DNA of 64,000 nucleotides from positions 12,695-76,694 of the IMG/VR virus record IMGVR_UViG_3300018080_000115. One strand, given 5' to 3'. The notes under the pieces are model-generated. The model had not been told where the DNA came from. It saw nothing but the letters and a program-made list of their open reading frames with translations, and made no database searches. A program made the position numbers and the translations under genes. This DNA is from a virus. Positions 1 to 9,287 of the stretch are shown here, piece after piece. The number at the start of each line of letters is the position of its first letter. Position 1 is the first letter of the stretch.

Positions 1-1
1 C

Positions 2-718
2 TGCAAGGTCAACAAGTCATGCGGCATCCACGTCCACTTCGGAATCAAAAGCTTCTTCGAAAACAAAAGCATCGTCGACGCCAACCCGGACGCGCCGAAA
101 GCCAATCTGGACGAAATTGCCCGCCGCATCATGGAGACCTACGCAGAGTATGAGCCGCAGATCGATTCGCTGACCGACAAGACGCGCCGCGCCGAACGAA
201 ACACCTACTGCCGCAGCACACGCGCTTTGGTGCGAGACATCAACCACACCAACAACATCGACATCAAGCATGTCGACATCACCTATGACATGGATGATTA
301 CGATCATCACGACAGACGCTATCACAAAGTCAACTTCACCACCCTTCACCCTGTGGACGGCAAGGGCACCGTCGAGATTCGCCAGCTTCACGGCACCTTG
401 GACAGCAAAGAAATCGCCGACTGGATTTGGCTTCATCAGAAGCTGATCCATCGCTCCCTGATGGGCGGTCTGATCGCCAAGACACGCCTGAACCAGCGCG
501 GGCGCACCTTCGCTCAAATGCTCGGCTTCATCCGCTGCGACCGCAACAAGTTCGGACGCGACTCGCAAACCACCAACATCGTCAACAGGCTTCGCGACAA
601 GCATGCCGCCGTCTCCAAGGATTACGGCTGGAAACTGACCGATCGCATAGACGACATCACCAGCTACACCAACCCCTACGCCAACCCTCGCTTCATCAAT
701 ACCGCTGCCGCCCATTGA
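2..718 (+). CDS. Amidoligase (COOH-NH2 ligase type 2), 5'-truncated; paralogue 1
   Basis: Frame is open from nt 2: CKVNKSCGIHVHFG ... YHKVNF ... GTVEIRQLHGTL; aligns by eye with 15217-17628 and 18845-20008. Confidence 0.85.
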   Translation, partial: CKVNKSCGIHVHFGIKSFFENKSIVDANPDAPKANLDEIARRIMETYAEYEPQIDSLTDKTRRAERNTYCRSTRALVRDINHTNNIDIKHVDITYDMDDYDHHDRRYHKVNFTTLHPVDGKGTVEIRQLHGTLDSKEIADWIWLHQKLIHRSLMGGLIAKTRLNQRGRTFAQMLGFIRCDRNKFGRDSQTTNIVNRLRDKHAAVSKDYGWKLTDRIDDITSYTNPYANPRFINTAAAH

Positions 719-757
719 TTTCCAACAATCTCGATTCTACAAGAATCGTCAACAGCT

Positions 758-797
758 AGAAAACCCGCTGCAACCAAGCAGCGGGTTTTCTTTTTCC
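758..797 (+). terminator. Intrinsic terminator
   Basis: AGAAAACCCGCTGC-AACCAA-GCAGCGGGTTTTCT perfect 14-bp stem followed by a T-run. Confidence 0.85.
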
Positions 798-946
798 ACC
801 ATTTGCTCAAAGCACGACAGGACGCCGTTCAATCACGCATCATCAAAAAAACCCGTCCGATCCGTGATTTTAGACTTGAAGCTTCCGCCAACCGCATCTA
901 TGTTCAATCTACAGGCAGATGCAATAGCCTATTGAAAGGACATCAC

Positions 947-1672
947 ATGAAGCTGTTGAACAGTCCCAAGCTTTCCGCCTTGACTTCTCGACTGCGCAAA
1001 CTGATCGAAAAGCATCCACGCAGACTGATCAACCATCTCATCTACAAGCATTGGGCAGTCCGCAAAATTGAACTGGTGAGCTGCTTAGCTCATGCTCAAG
1101 ACACAGGCATGTCATTCGTCAGCAAGCCAAGCGAAGGCGATTGGATTGTTGCTTGGTTCATCTTGCTTCAACGATACGACCAAACAAACAACAGAATGTT
1201 CCAGAACATCGCCCATATCGTGCACGACGCCGACAAAGCCGAAAAGCTGCGCCTCAAGTATCAAGACGAAGTCGACCAAGGCAAACTGCACACCGTGCAT
1301 TGCATTCCAGTCAGCGCCGCCATTCACCTGACGATCCTGGAACCCTCCTACCGAGAACAACTGGAAAAGAAGCGCGAAGAAGCAAAGAACGCTCAGCCGC
1401 GCAATCTCAACGATGCGCTCGAAGACGCTCAGGAAGACCTCTACCACGCCGAAAACCAAACCGAGATGCAGCAAGATCTTGAACAGCAACCGCCGCCGAC
1501 TGCATTTCGCCCATCCATGCGAGTCATGGCAATACCAGGAATGCCCAACATGCAGGCATTCGCCATGAAGCCGGAAGAGTTTGAAGACTTGGTTCAAAGG
1601 ATACAGGAAGCAGAGAAGCAGCAAGAACTTCCTTCCACCAAGACGACCAACGACCAAGAAAAACCGAATTGA
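947..1672 (+). CDS. Hypothetical protein
   Basis: GAAAGGA SD before ATG 947; long ORF. Confidence 0.7.
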   Translation: MKLLNSPKLSALTSRLRKLIEKHPRRLINHLIYKHWAVRKIELVSCLAHAQDTGMSFVSKPSEGDWIVAWFILLQRYDQTNNRMFQNIAHIVHDADKAEKLRLKYQDEVDQGKLHTVHCIPVSAAIHLTILEPSYREQLEKKREEAKNAQPRNLNDALEDAQEDLYHAENQTEMQQDLEQQPPPTAFRPSMRVMAIPGMPNMQAFAMKPEEFEDLVQRIQEAEKQQELPSTKTTNDQEKPN

Positions 1673-1709
1673 AACCACCAACAACGTCAACGGCTTAAAG
1701 GACAGACCA

Positions 1710-2312
1710 ATGACCGCCAAGTTCGACCAAATGATTATCAATTCAATACACTCCAAAACTTACGATCCCGCAGAACGTCGCTTGATGATCACTCAGAAAG
1801 ACGAATCCAACAAAGTCATCGGAGTCATCGGTTACACCCCCAATCAGGCCAAGCACAAATTGCTGCCGATTCTTGATCTGATGGCAAACGCAGAAATCAA
1901 AGGGATCGATCTTCCGACCGGCGTGACGGATTCCGAAACGGCAAAGCAACTGATCCCTGTCATTCTCGACTTCGTCAATGGCGTCAACGACTTGGACAAG
2001 AACACGCAAACCAAGCGATGCCGCTTCTGTACCACAGAACTGCCAGACGCACAGACTCATCTCCGATATCATCACGCAAGCCTGTGTCCAGAATGCATGA
2101 TCCAATTCCGAGACATGTACAAAGCTGGTTTGAAGGGGGAACACGATGCATTCATTCAAATCGGCTTTCTGATTCGTGCAATGTTTCCGGCCGAACCAGA
2201 CAGGTGTATGGAAATCTTCGAATGGATTCGAGAACTGGCGCAAGCGGACAACCTCTTGACGTCACAAGAGGTTCCCGAATCAACGACTCGACCGAATCAC
2301 ACAAGCCACTGA
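1710..2312 (+). CDS. Hypothetical protein with CxxC..CxxC zinc-finger motif
   Basis: AAAGGACAGACCA-ATG leader; RCRFC...LCPEC, similar to the motif in the next gene. Confidence 0.7.
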   Translation: MTAKFDQMIINSIHSKTYDPAERRLMITQKDESNKVIGVIGYTPNQAKHKLLPILDLMANAEIKGIDLPTGVTDSETAKQLIPVILDFVNGVNDLDKNTQTKRCRFCTTELPDAQTHLRYHHASLCPECMIQFRDMYKAGLKGEHDAFIQIGFLIRAMFPAEPDRCMEIFEWIRELAQADNLLTSQEVPESTTRPNHTSH

Positions 2313-2390
2313 AAAGGAAACAAGGTTCATGAGCGCCAAAGAAATCGATCGTTCAACCGCGGAAAAGCAGCAAAAGAAAAGTAGGAAGAC

Positions 2391-3497
2391 ATGGAACGCT
2401 TCGAACCCAAATGCAGAATGTGCGAAGAAACACTTTCGGACGCCGCTGACGATCTGCTCCTGTGTCCCAAATGCCGTCAATACATCCTTCAACGCTACTC
2501 GGCAAAGAACCCAAGAGACGTCATTCTGAGACGATCCAAGCACGTTGCACTCGGCATGCGTCTTCAAAAACTGTTCGGCCACAACGAAACTCTGATGCAA
2601 GCTGCTTTCAACTGGCTGAACGAAGAAGAGGACGCCGCTGAAAAGCGCCCTGACGTCCTTCCAGGCCAAACAGATCTGATCACACTGACAAGCCGTCCTG
2701 AAGACAAGCAAGAAGAAAACACACAGCGGCAAGCATCTGCTCGCTGCCGGTTCTGTACCGAACCGCTCAATGAATTCCTGCAACTGCACTACAGCACCGA
2801 TCAACGCGAAAGCTACCAATCAGACCGCATCATGCTGGGATCTCCCGTCAACCTGTGCAGACGTCATGCAGACGTCATTCATCACCTCACAGTAGCAACC
2901 AACGACGATTCTTTCACCCTGGCTGTTTCCATCTCCATGATCGCCTACTCCATGCGGCTCCGTTCTCAAAATGAACCGAACGAAATGCGGCACATCGTCC
3001 AAAGCTTCCGCCACATCACCGAATCGATTGCAGCACTTCATGATGCCAATGACTGTGCCAAACGCTCAGCCTATCCCTTCGAACTGGATTACGGCTTGTG
3101 TCACATCTGCCATAACGAAATCGAATGTCATGACGAAGATGAAGACGAAAAAAGAGAACGACACGGATTCATCATGCCGATCATGTACCGCCGCACTGAA
3201 GATCTTCCCAATCGCATCAAAGCGGCACCCTTCATCCGCGCTCACAAGAACTGTGCCCAATCGTTTGTTCAAACCGAACTTCAATCAAACAGTGCCGCGC
3301 CCGTCATTCAACGCGCTCTGTCGATAATTCCTCTGGTCAAGCGAACGCTGCGCGCTCTCAATGAAGGATCAGACCCAACACTCTTCTTGGCAAACGTATT
3401 CAAGGCGTGCGACCCGCGCAACAACATATTCAACCCATTCGGATTTGAAGCAGACCAACTCAACAACGAAACACCCCTTCGTTTCACCGACATGTAA
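2391..3497 (+). CDS. Multi-zinc-finger hypothetical protein
   Basis: CRMC..CPKC, RCRFC..CRRH and CHIC..HKNC motifs. Confidence 0.7.
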   Translation: MERFEPKCRMCEETLSDAADDLLLCPKCRQYILQRYSAKNPRDVILRRSKHVALGMRLQKLFGHNETLMQAAFNWLNEEEDAAEKRPDVLPGQTDLITLTSRPEDKQEENTQRQASARCRFCTEPLNEFLQLHYSTDQRESYQSDRIMLGSPVNLCRRHADVIHHLTVATNDDSFTLAVSISMIAYSMRLRSQNEPNEMRHIVQSFRHITESIAALHDANDCAKRSAYPFELDYGLCHICHNEIECHDEDEDEKRERHGFIMPIMYRRTEDLPNRIKAAPFIRAHKNCAQSFVQTELQSNSAAPVIQRALSIIPLVKRTLRALNEGSDPTLFLANVFKACDPRNNIFNPFGFEADQLNNETPLRFTDM

Positions 3498-3747
3498 AGG
3501 CTTGACGTTACTAATGTTTTTCCAAAAAATACTCTCCGTCATCATTCGACACCTCGGAAGACAACCCGTTCCAGGCGCAGATGAACAACCCGAACGGCGT
3601 CCAGATCCGCAATCTTGGCGCACCTCCGCTTCCTCAAAAAAACAACGAAACATGCGCCGCGACAAAATGACGGCAACGCCAAATAGAAGCGCAAACGACA
3701 ACACCGTCTGAACCAAAAGAAAAAAGTCTGAACCAAAGGAAAAAAAC

Positions 3748-4182
3748 ATGAGCAAAGAAAGCCAAGTGACGTCGGATAATTACGCTCAGCTCGCCGCAAG
3801 AACCGAATCAGTTCCCAAAGACATTCCTTCCGCATCGCCCGACTTCGGCAAAGACAAAATGCTGAGACTGCTGCACTGTGCAATGGGAATGTGTACTGAG
3901 GCAGGAGAAATTCAAGATCAACTTAAGCGTGCCATTTTCTATCCAGGCGCAAAACTAGACCTTGACAACATCATCGAAGAAGCAGGAGACATGCTCTGGT
4001 ATGTTGGCGTACTCTGCAATCTGTTAGATATCAGTCTGACTCAACTGCTGACAGCCAACATCAACAAACTACACAAACGATACCCAGAAGGATTCAGCGG
4101 CTTCGACGCCCTGAACCGAAACGTTGAAGCCGAAATGGAAGCAATCCAAACTTCAATCAAAGACGACCTTCAAAATACCTGA
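3748..4182 (+). CDS. MazG-like nucleotide pyrophosphohydrolase
   Basis: LLHCAMGMCTEAGEIQDQLKR..IIEEAGDMLWYV..NINKLHKRYP. Confidence 0.85.
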   Translation: MSKESQVTSDNYAQLAARTESVPKDIPSASPDFGKDKMLRLLHCAMGMCTEAGEIQDQLKRAIFYPGAKLDLDNIIEEAGDMLWYVGVLCNLLDISLTQLLTANINKLHKRYPEGFSGFDALNRNVEAEMEAIQTSIKDDLQNT

Positions 4183-4296
4183 TTGCTTCAACATCGCCTG
4201 AAGCATCCACTTCAACCTGAGCAATGACAAGTTCTTGATTTATTGACAAATCCAACATACCATAACTGCAACAATCAGGAGTCACACAACAATCCA

Positions 4297-5550
4297 ATGC
4301 CGCTGATTCTGTCACACAAGATTCGACTGAAGCCGAACAACAAGCAGGTTGCTCATCTGAAGCATGCTTGTGATGTGTCTCGATTCGTCTACAATTGGGC
4401 TTTGAATCAATGGCAACGGATGTTTGAGGCAGGCGAGAAGCCGTCTGCAAACAAGATCGACAAGCGTTTCAATCAAGTCAAGAAACAGTCCTATCCATGG
4501 GTTTTGGATGTCAGCAAATCTGTACCGCAGATTGCAATCAAGAACCTTGGGCAGGCATTCAAACGATTCTTCAATAAACAATCGAAATATCCACATTTCA
4601 AACGAAAGAATAAGTGTAAGAATTCGTTTGGATTGCAGAATAATCAGTTTGATATAAATAACAAAATCATTCGACTGCCCAAGCTGGGCAATGTTCGGAT
4701 ATACAATGCATTGCATTTCTCTGGAAAGATCATGTCTGCAACCATCAGTCAGACTGCTGACAGATGGTTTGTTTCGATAACTGTTGAGGTTGACTTTGAT
4801 CCATCAACAATCAGACACGAAAACCAAGGTTTGATCGGGATCGATGTCGGACTCAATAGTTTTGCCGTACTCAGTACGGGTCATTCGTTTGATGCGCCGA
4901 AACCATTGAAGCATGCTTTGAGACAGTTAAAAACACTGAACAAGAAGCTGTCTCGACAAATCAGATTATCCAACAACTGGAAAAAGACAAAACAGAGGAT
5001 TGCAAAGCTGTACTATCGCATCAGTTGTATTCGAAACGATTTCCTGCACAAGCTGACTTCGTTTCTGACACAACGATTCAACGGTATTGCAATCGAGAAT
5101 CTGAATATCAAAGGCATGCTTCGAAACCATCGATTGGCACGATCGATCAGTGATGTTGCTTGGTCTGAATTCAGAAGACAGTTGGAGTACAAAGCGGAAC
5201 TGTACGGTTCAGAAATCGCTGCAATCGATCGATGGTTTCCAAGCACGCAGACGTGTTCGAACTGTGGTGAGCGCAAACAAGGAAATGAGAAACTGAAGCT
5301 TGGTGATAAATTCTATCACTGCGATCATTGCGGTTTTGAAGCGAATCGCGACTTCAACGCTGCAATCAACATCAGAAATCAAGGGTTCAACCTTGAGTCG
5401 GCCGATGGCTTGTCGGCCAAGAAGCCTGTCGCCTCATTGGTCAATAGTTTCAATGCATCAGTGCTGAAGCCAAACCATGATTGGGCAGGAAGTTTTCATG
5501 GGTCTGCTGTAGATAGTGCTGCGACAATGCAGTCACAGCGGATTCAGTAA
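4297..5550 (+). CDS. tnpB: TnpB RNA-guided endonuclease (IS200/IS605 family, no TnpA nearby)
   Basis: N-terminal HKIRLKPN HTH; RuvC motifs GIDVG, IAIENL, RDFNAAINI; zinc ribbon CSNC..CDHC. Confidence 0.95.
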   Translation: MPLILSHKIRLKPNNKQVAHLKHACDVSRFVYNWALNQWQRMFEAGEKPSANKIDKRFNQVKKQSYPWVLDVSKSVPQIAIKNLGQAFKRFFNKQSKYPHFKRKNKCKNSFGLQNNQFDINNKIIRLPKLGNVRIYNALHFSGKIMSATISQTADRWFVSITVEVDFDPSTIRHENQGLIGIDVGLNSFAVLSTGHSFDAPKPLKHALRQLKTLNKKLSRQIRLSNNWKKTKQRIAKLYYRISCIRNDFLHKLTSFLTQRFNGIAIENLNIKGMLRNHRLARSISDVAWSEFRRQLEYKAELYGSEIAAIDRWFPSTQTCSNCGERKQGNEKLKLGDKFYHCDHCGFEANRDFNAAINIRNQGFNLESADGLSAKKPVASLVNSFNASVLKPNHDWAGSFHGSAVDSAATMQSQRIQ

Positions 5551-5567
5551 GAAAAATGAAGCACATG
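5380..5567 (+). ncRNA. Predicted omegaRNA (scaffold plus guide) of TnpB copy 1; boundaries approximate
   Basis: TTGGGCAGGAAGTTTTCATG block identical in both TnpB loci; hairpin TCTGCTGT..ACAGCGGA before TTCAG; omegaRNA overlapping the tnpB 3' end is established for this family. Confidence 0.55.
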
Positions 5568-5585
5568 CGCCGTCATTTCTTGTAA

Positions 5586-6014
5586 TCAGTGAACCTCACA
5601 ACTGCGTTCGCCAGTCAGCGTATCACGCATCAGAATCTTGGTCAGCGCCAACAGCACCTTGGCGTTTTCGATCGTATGCGCATCGGATTGTTCCAGGTTG
5701 ACATTGCGCCACTCTCCGCCAACCATCATCTGAAAAACGTACCGGTCATGCTCACCGTACACGACCACATACGTCGAATCATCGCCGTTTTCGCGTTCCA
5801 TGTCCATCACGATCAGAACACCGCTGTTCCTGCCGGTCAAATGAGGCATCGTGTGTTCCACGGTCAGATTCAACTGATTATGGAACCCGACCGACTTGTG
5901 ACGCAGCCCGTCGATCACCGGACACAGCCGGAACATGCCGCCGTGTGCCGCCTGATGAAACCCCTGGCTCAGATCCGCGCTACGGATCGCTTCGTTCGTG
6001 CTGATGGTCTTCAT
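5586..6014 (-). CDS. Hypothetical protein
   Basis: AAAGGACAGACC-ATG leader downstream of a sigma70 promoter. Confidence 0.7.
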   Translation of the reverse strand: MKTISTNEAIRSADLSQGFHQAAHGGMFRLCPVIDGLRHKSVGFHNQLNLTVEHTMPHLTGRNSGVLIVMDMERENGDDSTYVVVYGEHDRYVFQMMVGGEWRNVNLEQSDAHTIENAKVLLALTKILMRDTLTGERSCEVH

Positions 6015-6036
6015 GGTCTGTCCTTTCATGATTTGA

Positions 6037-6065
6037 ATTCTATCGATTCCGTGACTATCTGTCAA
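6037..6065 (-). promoter_or_regulatory. sigma70-type promoter
   Basis: TTGACA-N17-TAGAAT. Confidence 0.7.
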
Positions 6066-6087
6066 GCTGTATGCTAAAGCAAGACTT

Positions 6088-6543
6088 TTAGACTTTCAAA
6101 GCGTATCGAATCGCCGCGTTTGCAATCGCTTCTTTGGCATCTTCCGACAACACCAGATGTTGCGTTTTTGAGCCTCTGCTGGTGTTGATCTCTTCACGAC
6201 AGACATCAACCAAAAACCAGTTTTGCATGCCGCGCTCAATCGTGACCTTCGTTGCCGTTGCGGAATGCTGGTAACTGTTGCAGCCCACTCCATCCCACCA
6301 CTGAAACCGACACCCCTTCCGCAGATTCTTGGGACATCCGTGCTGTGTCAAATGTCTCTCAAGATCTTTAACCATCACCACCACCGCATCGGCGTCAATG
6401 GTGCGCGCCCGACATCCACGCTGCGCGTTATCGAGAGCATCCTGAATCTTCTTTTTTTCTGTCCAACAATTTTGATTTTCATGGTCCAGCCCTTTCCTTA
6501 TTCTGGCTTCAGCCTTGATCCTTGAGCCCGAACGCCTCAGCAA
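6088..6543 (-). CDS. Hypothetical phage protein (start uncertain)
   Basis: 151-codon ORF; no motif recognised. Confidence 0.55.
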   Translation of the reverse strand: MLRRSGSRIKAEARIRKGLDHENQNCWTEKKKIQDALDNAQRGCRARTIDADAVVVMVKDLERHLTQHGCPKNLRKGCRFQWWDGVGCNSYQHSATATKVTIERGMQNWFLVDVCREEINTSRGSKTQHLVLSEDAKEAIANAAIRYALKV

Positions 6544-6781
6544 GACTGAGGTTGCCGCTGCCGCAATCGATCATCTCTTGCACGTTCACAATCTCAGACT
6601 GATAGGCGCGATCGTAATGCCGTTCAACCATCCCCGCCTCATCACACCTGTGACAGACATAGTGTTCAGCGGTCTGTTCGCCGTCATCCATCATCCCTTT
6701 ATAGGCCACCGTCACGATCACATCCGCCGCACGCTCGCCACCACACATCTCACACCTCGGTCGTTCACGTCGCTCAGTCAT
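6509..6781 (-). CDS. Small CxxC..CxxC protein
   Basis: CEMC...CHRC. Confidence 0.55.
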   Translation of the reverse strand: MTERRERPRCEMCGGERAADVIVTVAYKGMMDDGEQTAEHYVCHRCDEAGMVERHYDRAYQSEIVNVQEMIDCGSGNLSLAEAFGLKDQG

Positions 6782-6960
6782 CTGCCTATCCTTTTGGTTC
6801 GTGTTTCACACCTTGACTCAAAACAATTGCACTTCGTATGCCAATTGTCAAGAATTCGTGACAAACCATACATCCTACCAGAATCACTAAAGAGTCAATA
6901 AAACACACATCTCAAAAAACAATCATCGTTTCGCGCACATCTTCGCAGCGCCCCCAAAAA

Positions 6961-7019
6961 GTGACAATATTCGTCACTCATGTGACACAAATTGTCACCA
7001 GAATGACGTCAATTGTCAC
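6961..7019. promoter_or_regulatory. Enhancer-like array A1: three 17-bp palindromes at 21-bp period
   Basis: GTGACAATATTCGTCAC (6961), GTGACACAAATTGTCAC (6982), ATGACGTCAATTGTCAC (7003). Confidence 0.8.
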
Positions 7020-7107
7020 TATTGAGACACAAAACGTCAACCACAAAAGTGCAACCATCAACAATAAACAGTAAGTCGAAAAACATCATTCAGAAAACAA
7101 CCAATAA

Positions 7108-7120
7108 AACCAACAACTTA
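7108..7120 (+). promoter_or_regulatory. IHF-like site between A1 and P1
   Basis: AACCAACAACTTA, one mismatch to WATCAANNNNTTR. Confidence 0.5.
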
Positions 7121-7157
7121 CAACAAAAACCAGAAATCTGTAACAGATACACCACAA

Positions 7158-7174
7158 TTGGCATGCTCCATGCT
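7158..7174 (+). promoter_or_regulatory. sigma54-type promoter P1
   Basis: TTGGCATGCTCCATGCT, GG-N10-GC. Confidence 0.7.
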
Positions 7175-7223
7175 ACTGTTACAAGACAACGAACACGCAA
7201 CCACTCGACGAAAGGACAATCCA

Positions 7224-7517
7224 ATGTCGAAGAAAATCGCAGAGCCCAAGTGTTACGGACAGTACAGCGGACAGTACAACGACGGTCAGCCTTGGACGCA
7301 AGAATGGTACACGTCCAAGAGCCGCGATGCCAGCAAGCGCACGCGCATGCTGCGCAAGCTGGGTTTCGCCTGCCGCAGCGAGTCCATGGGCTACCAGACG
7401 GGCACGGGCTACAACATGACGCTCATCAGCATCGAAGCTGCTGCACACGAGCTGCCGCCTGTCGAGATGAAGAATCGCACGCAGGAACGCAACGAAATCG
7501 CCGCGTTCTTCAACTAG
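7224..7517 (+). CDS. Small protein, CYG/W-EWY/LPPV family member 1
   Basis: GAAAGGACAATCCA-ATG; motif shared with four other ORFs. Confidence 0.75.
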   Translation: MSKKIAEPKCYGQYSGQYNDGQPWTQEWYTSKSRDASKRTRMLRKLGFACRSESMGYQTGTGYNMTLISIEAAAHELPPVEMKNRTQERNEIAAFFN

Positions 7518-7598
7518 ACCGAAACCAACAACACGAACACGGGCAGACACAGTCTGCCCGTCCCAATTCCCCAACCTCAACCATTCAAGGACAGAATC

Positions 7599-7898
7599 AT
7601 GACCGACCGACAATGGAGACAACAGCTTCAAGAAGAAAGAGCTGCCAGAAACAAGGCCATGCGTGAACGTCAAGCACAAAAAAACCAAAAGATCAAAACG
7701 CAGATTCCAGTTACGGTACGATTCTGCGGAGAAGTCTGCAACCCCAACTGCGACTGCTTCAAGCGATCCCGCGACGGCTACAAATGCATCCTGACCGGCA
7801 AGCCTGACAATCTGGCGAGGCATGAAAACTACAACATGAACGGCGGCGCACACGGCATGCTGCGCAATCCAGCATGTTTCCAACAGTTCGGCGAATAG
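7599..7898 (+). CDS. Cys-rich hypothetical protein
   Basis: AAGGACAGAATC-ATG; FCGEVCNPNCDC..KC..PAC. Confidence 0.65.
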   Translation: MTDRQWRQQLQEERAARNKAMRERQAQKNQKIKTQIPVTVRFCGEVCNPNCDCFKRSRDGYKCILTGKPDNLARHENYNMNGGAHGMLRNPACFQQFGE

Positions 7899-7974
7899 AA
7901 GGCATCACAAACATCTCACAAGTTTGTCACTTCTGTTCAAGCCAAGGTGTATGACGTCAAAAGAAGGAGTCACG

Positions 7975-8295
7975 ATGTCTTGGGAAAAGAAAATTGAAAC
8001 GGTCAAGAACCTCAGAAGCTTCACACGGAAAGTGTTCCGTACGTTCCGTGAAATCCAATACGAAAACAACCACATCGTACGCACAAAGGCTCCTGTCATT
8101 CCACAAGAAATCGCTGAGCGTCTTGACACTCCCTTGGAAACAATCAACAACGTGCTCAAAACACTGACCGACAAAAAACTGATCAAACTTCTTCCGTCCA
8201 AGCGAGACCCGGACATCATTTTCATCGTCTTCGACGGCGACGAAACAGAACGCGCTTACGTCGATAGTTGGATGGAAATAGGAAAAGGACAATAA
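7975..8295 (+). CDS. Winged-helix DNA-binding protein (putative)
   Basis: IPQEIAERLDTPLETINNVLKTLTDKKLIKLL. Confidence 0.55.
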   Translation: MSWEKKIETVKNLRSFTRKVFRTFREIQYENNHIVRTKAPVIPQEIAERLDTPLETINNVLKTLTDKKLIKLLPSKRDPDIIFIVFDGDETERAYVDSWMEIGKGQ

Positions 8296-8316
8296 ATTCA
8301 GACCCATAAGGCACAA

Positions 8317-9249
8317 ATGAAAAAAACAACAAAACCGGAAGACAGAGTCATCTTCGAATGCGTCTCAGGCAGTCACGCCTACGGCATGAACACGCCGGAA
8401 AGCGACACGGATCTGAGAGGCGTCTTCGTCCCTCCGCTCGACTGGTGCACGGGATTCATCAAGCGCGAAAGTCAATTCTCAGGAGACAGCAACGAAGATC
8501 GAATCATCTACGAGATCAGGAAGTTCTTCCGCATGGCCGCAGACGCCAACCCGAACATCCTGGAACTGCTGTGGATGCCGCAAGACTGCATTCTTCAATT
8601 CCACTCGTCTTGGAAACGCATCCAAGACCACCGAGAACTGTTCCTGAGCGCCAAAGTACGCCACACCTATACCGGCTACGCATTTTCACAACTGAATCGC
8701 ATGAAGCGTCACAGAGAATGGCTTCTCAATCCGCCTGAACGCGCTCCCAAATGGTCGGACTTCGGCATTCCAGACGAAGACGAAGCACGCCAAAAGATCA
8801 CCAAGGACATCAAACGCCTGAGCGAAGCCGGTATCGACCCCATGAAGACGCATGGCGAATTCGTGAAGAACAGCGGGTCCTACAAACGAGCTATGGAAAT
8901 CTGGCAACACTACCAGGAATGGAAGCTGAACCGGAACCCGAAGCGAGCGGAATGGGAAGCGAAATTCGGGTACGACTCGAAACACGCATCACACCTTGTT
9001 CGTCTTCTCAGACAGGGACACGAAATCATCACGACCGGCGAAGTCATCGTCAGACGACCGGACGCGAAAGAACTGCTTGCGATCCGCAACGAAGGGATTT
9101 GGTCCTATGACAAGCTGATCGCCTACGCCACAGAAATGGAAGAGAAGATCAAGAACGACGCAGCAGCGGAAACATGCAGTCTGCCGCAAAAGCCGAACAG
9201 AGAACTGCTCAACGAATTGTGTGCCTCAATCATCGAACGATTTCTGTGA
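8317..9249 (+). CDS. DNA polymerase beta-superfamily nucleotidyltransferase
   Basis: GSHAYGMNTPESDTDLRGVF; ANPNILELLW; YDSKHASHLVRLL. Confidence 0.9.
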   Translation: MKKTTKPEDRVIFECVSGSHAYGMNTPESDTDLRGVFVPPLDWCTGFIKRESQFSGDSNEDRIIYEIRKFFRMAADANPNILELLWMPQDCILQFHSSWKRIQDHRELFLSAKVRHTYTGYAFSQLNRMKRHREWLLNPPERAPKWSDFGIPDEDEARQKITKDIKRLSEAGIDPMKTHGEFVKNSGSYKRAMEIWQHYQEWKLNRNPKRAEWEAKFGYDSKHASHLVRLLRQGHEIITTGEVIVRRPDAKELLAIRNEGIWSYDKLIAYATEMEEKIKNDAAAETCSLPQKPNRELLNELCASIIERFL

Positions 9250-9287
9250 GACACGACGCGCGCAACACGATTCAGAAAGAACATGTC

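Noticed and set aside
4297-5550. Nuclease-dead TnpB (TldR-like repressor)
   Set aside because: RuvC D, E and D residues are present in both copies
5548-5567. Self-target of the putative TnpB guides inside the window
   Set aside because: No convincing match found by eye; needs a computed search
6961-7019. Assigning the palindromes to NtrC, NifA or NorR
   Set aside because: RTGAC-N7-GTCAY does not match TGCAC-N7-GTGCA, TGT-N10-ACA or GT-N7-AC in the required register; the cognate factor is left unnamed
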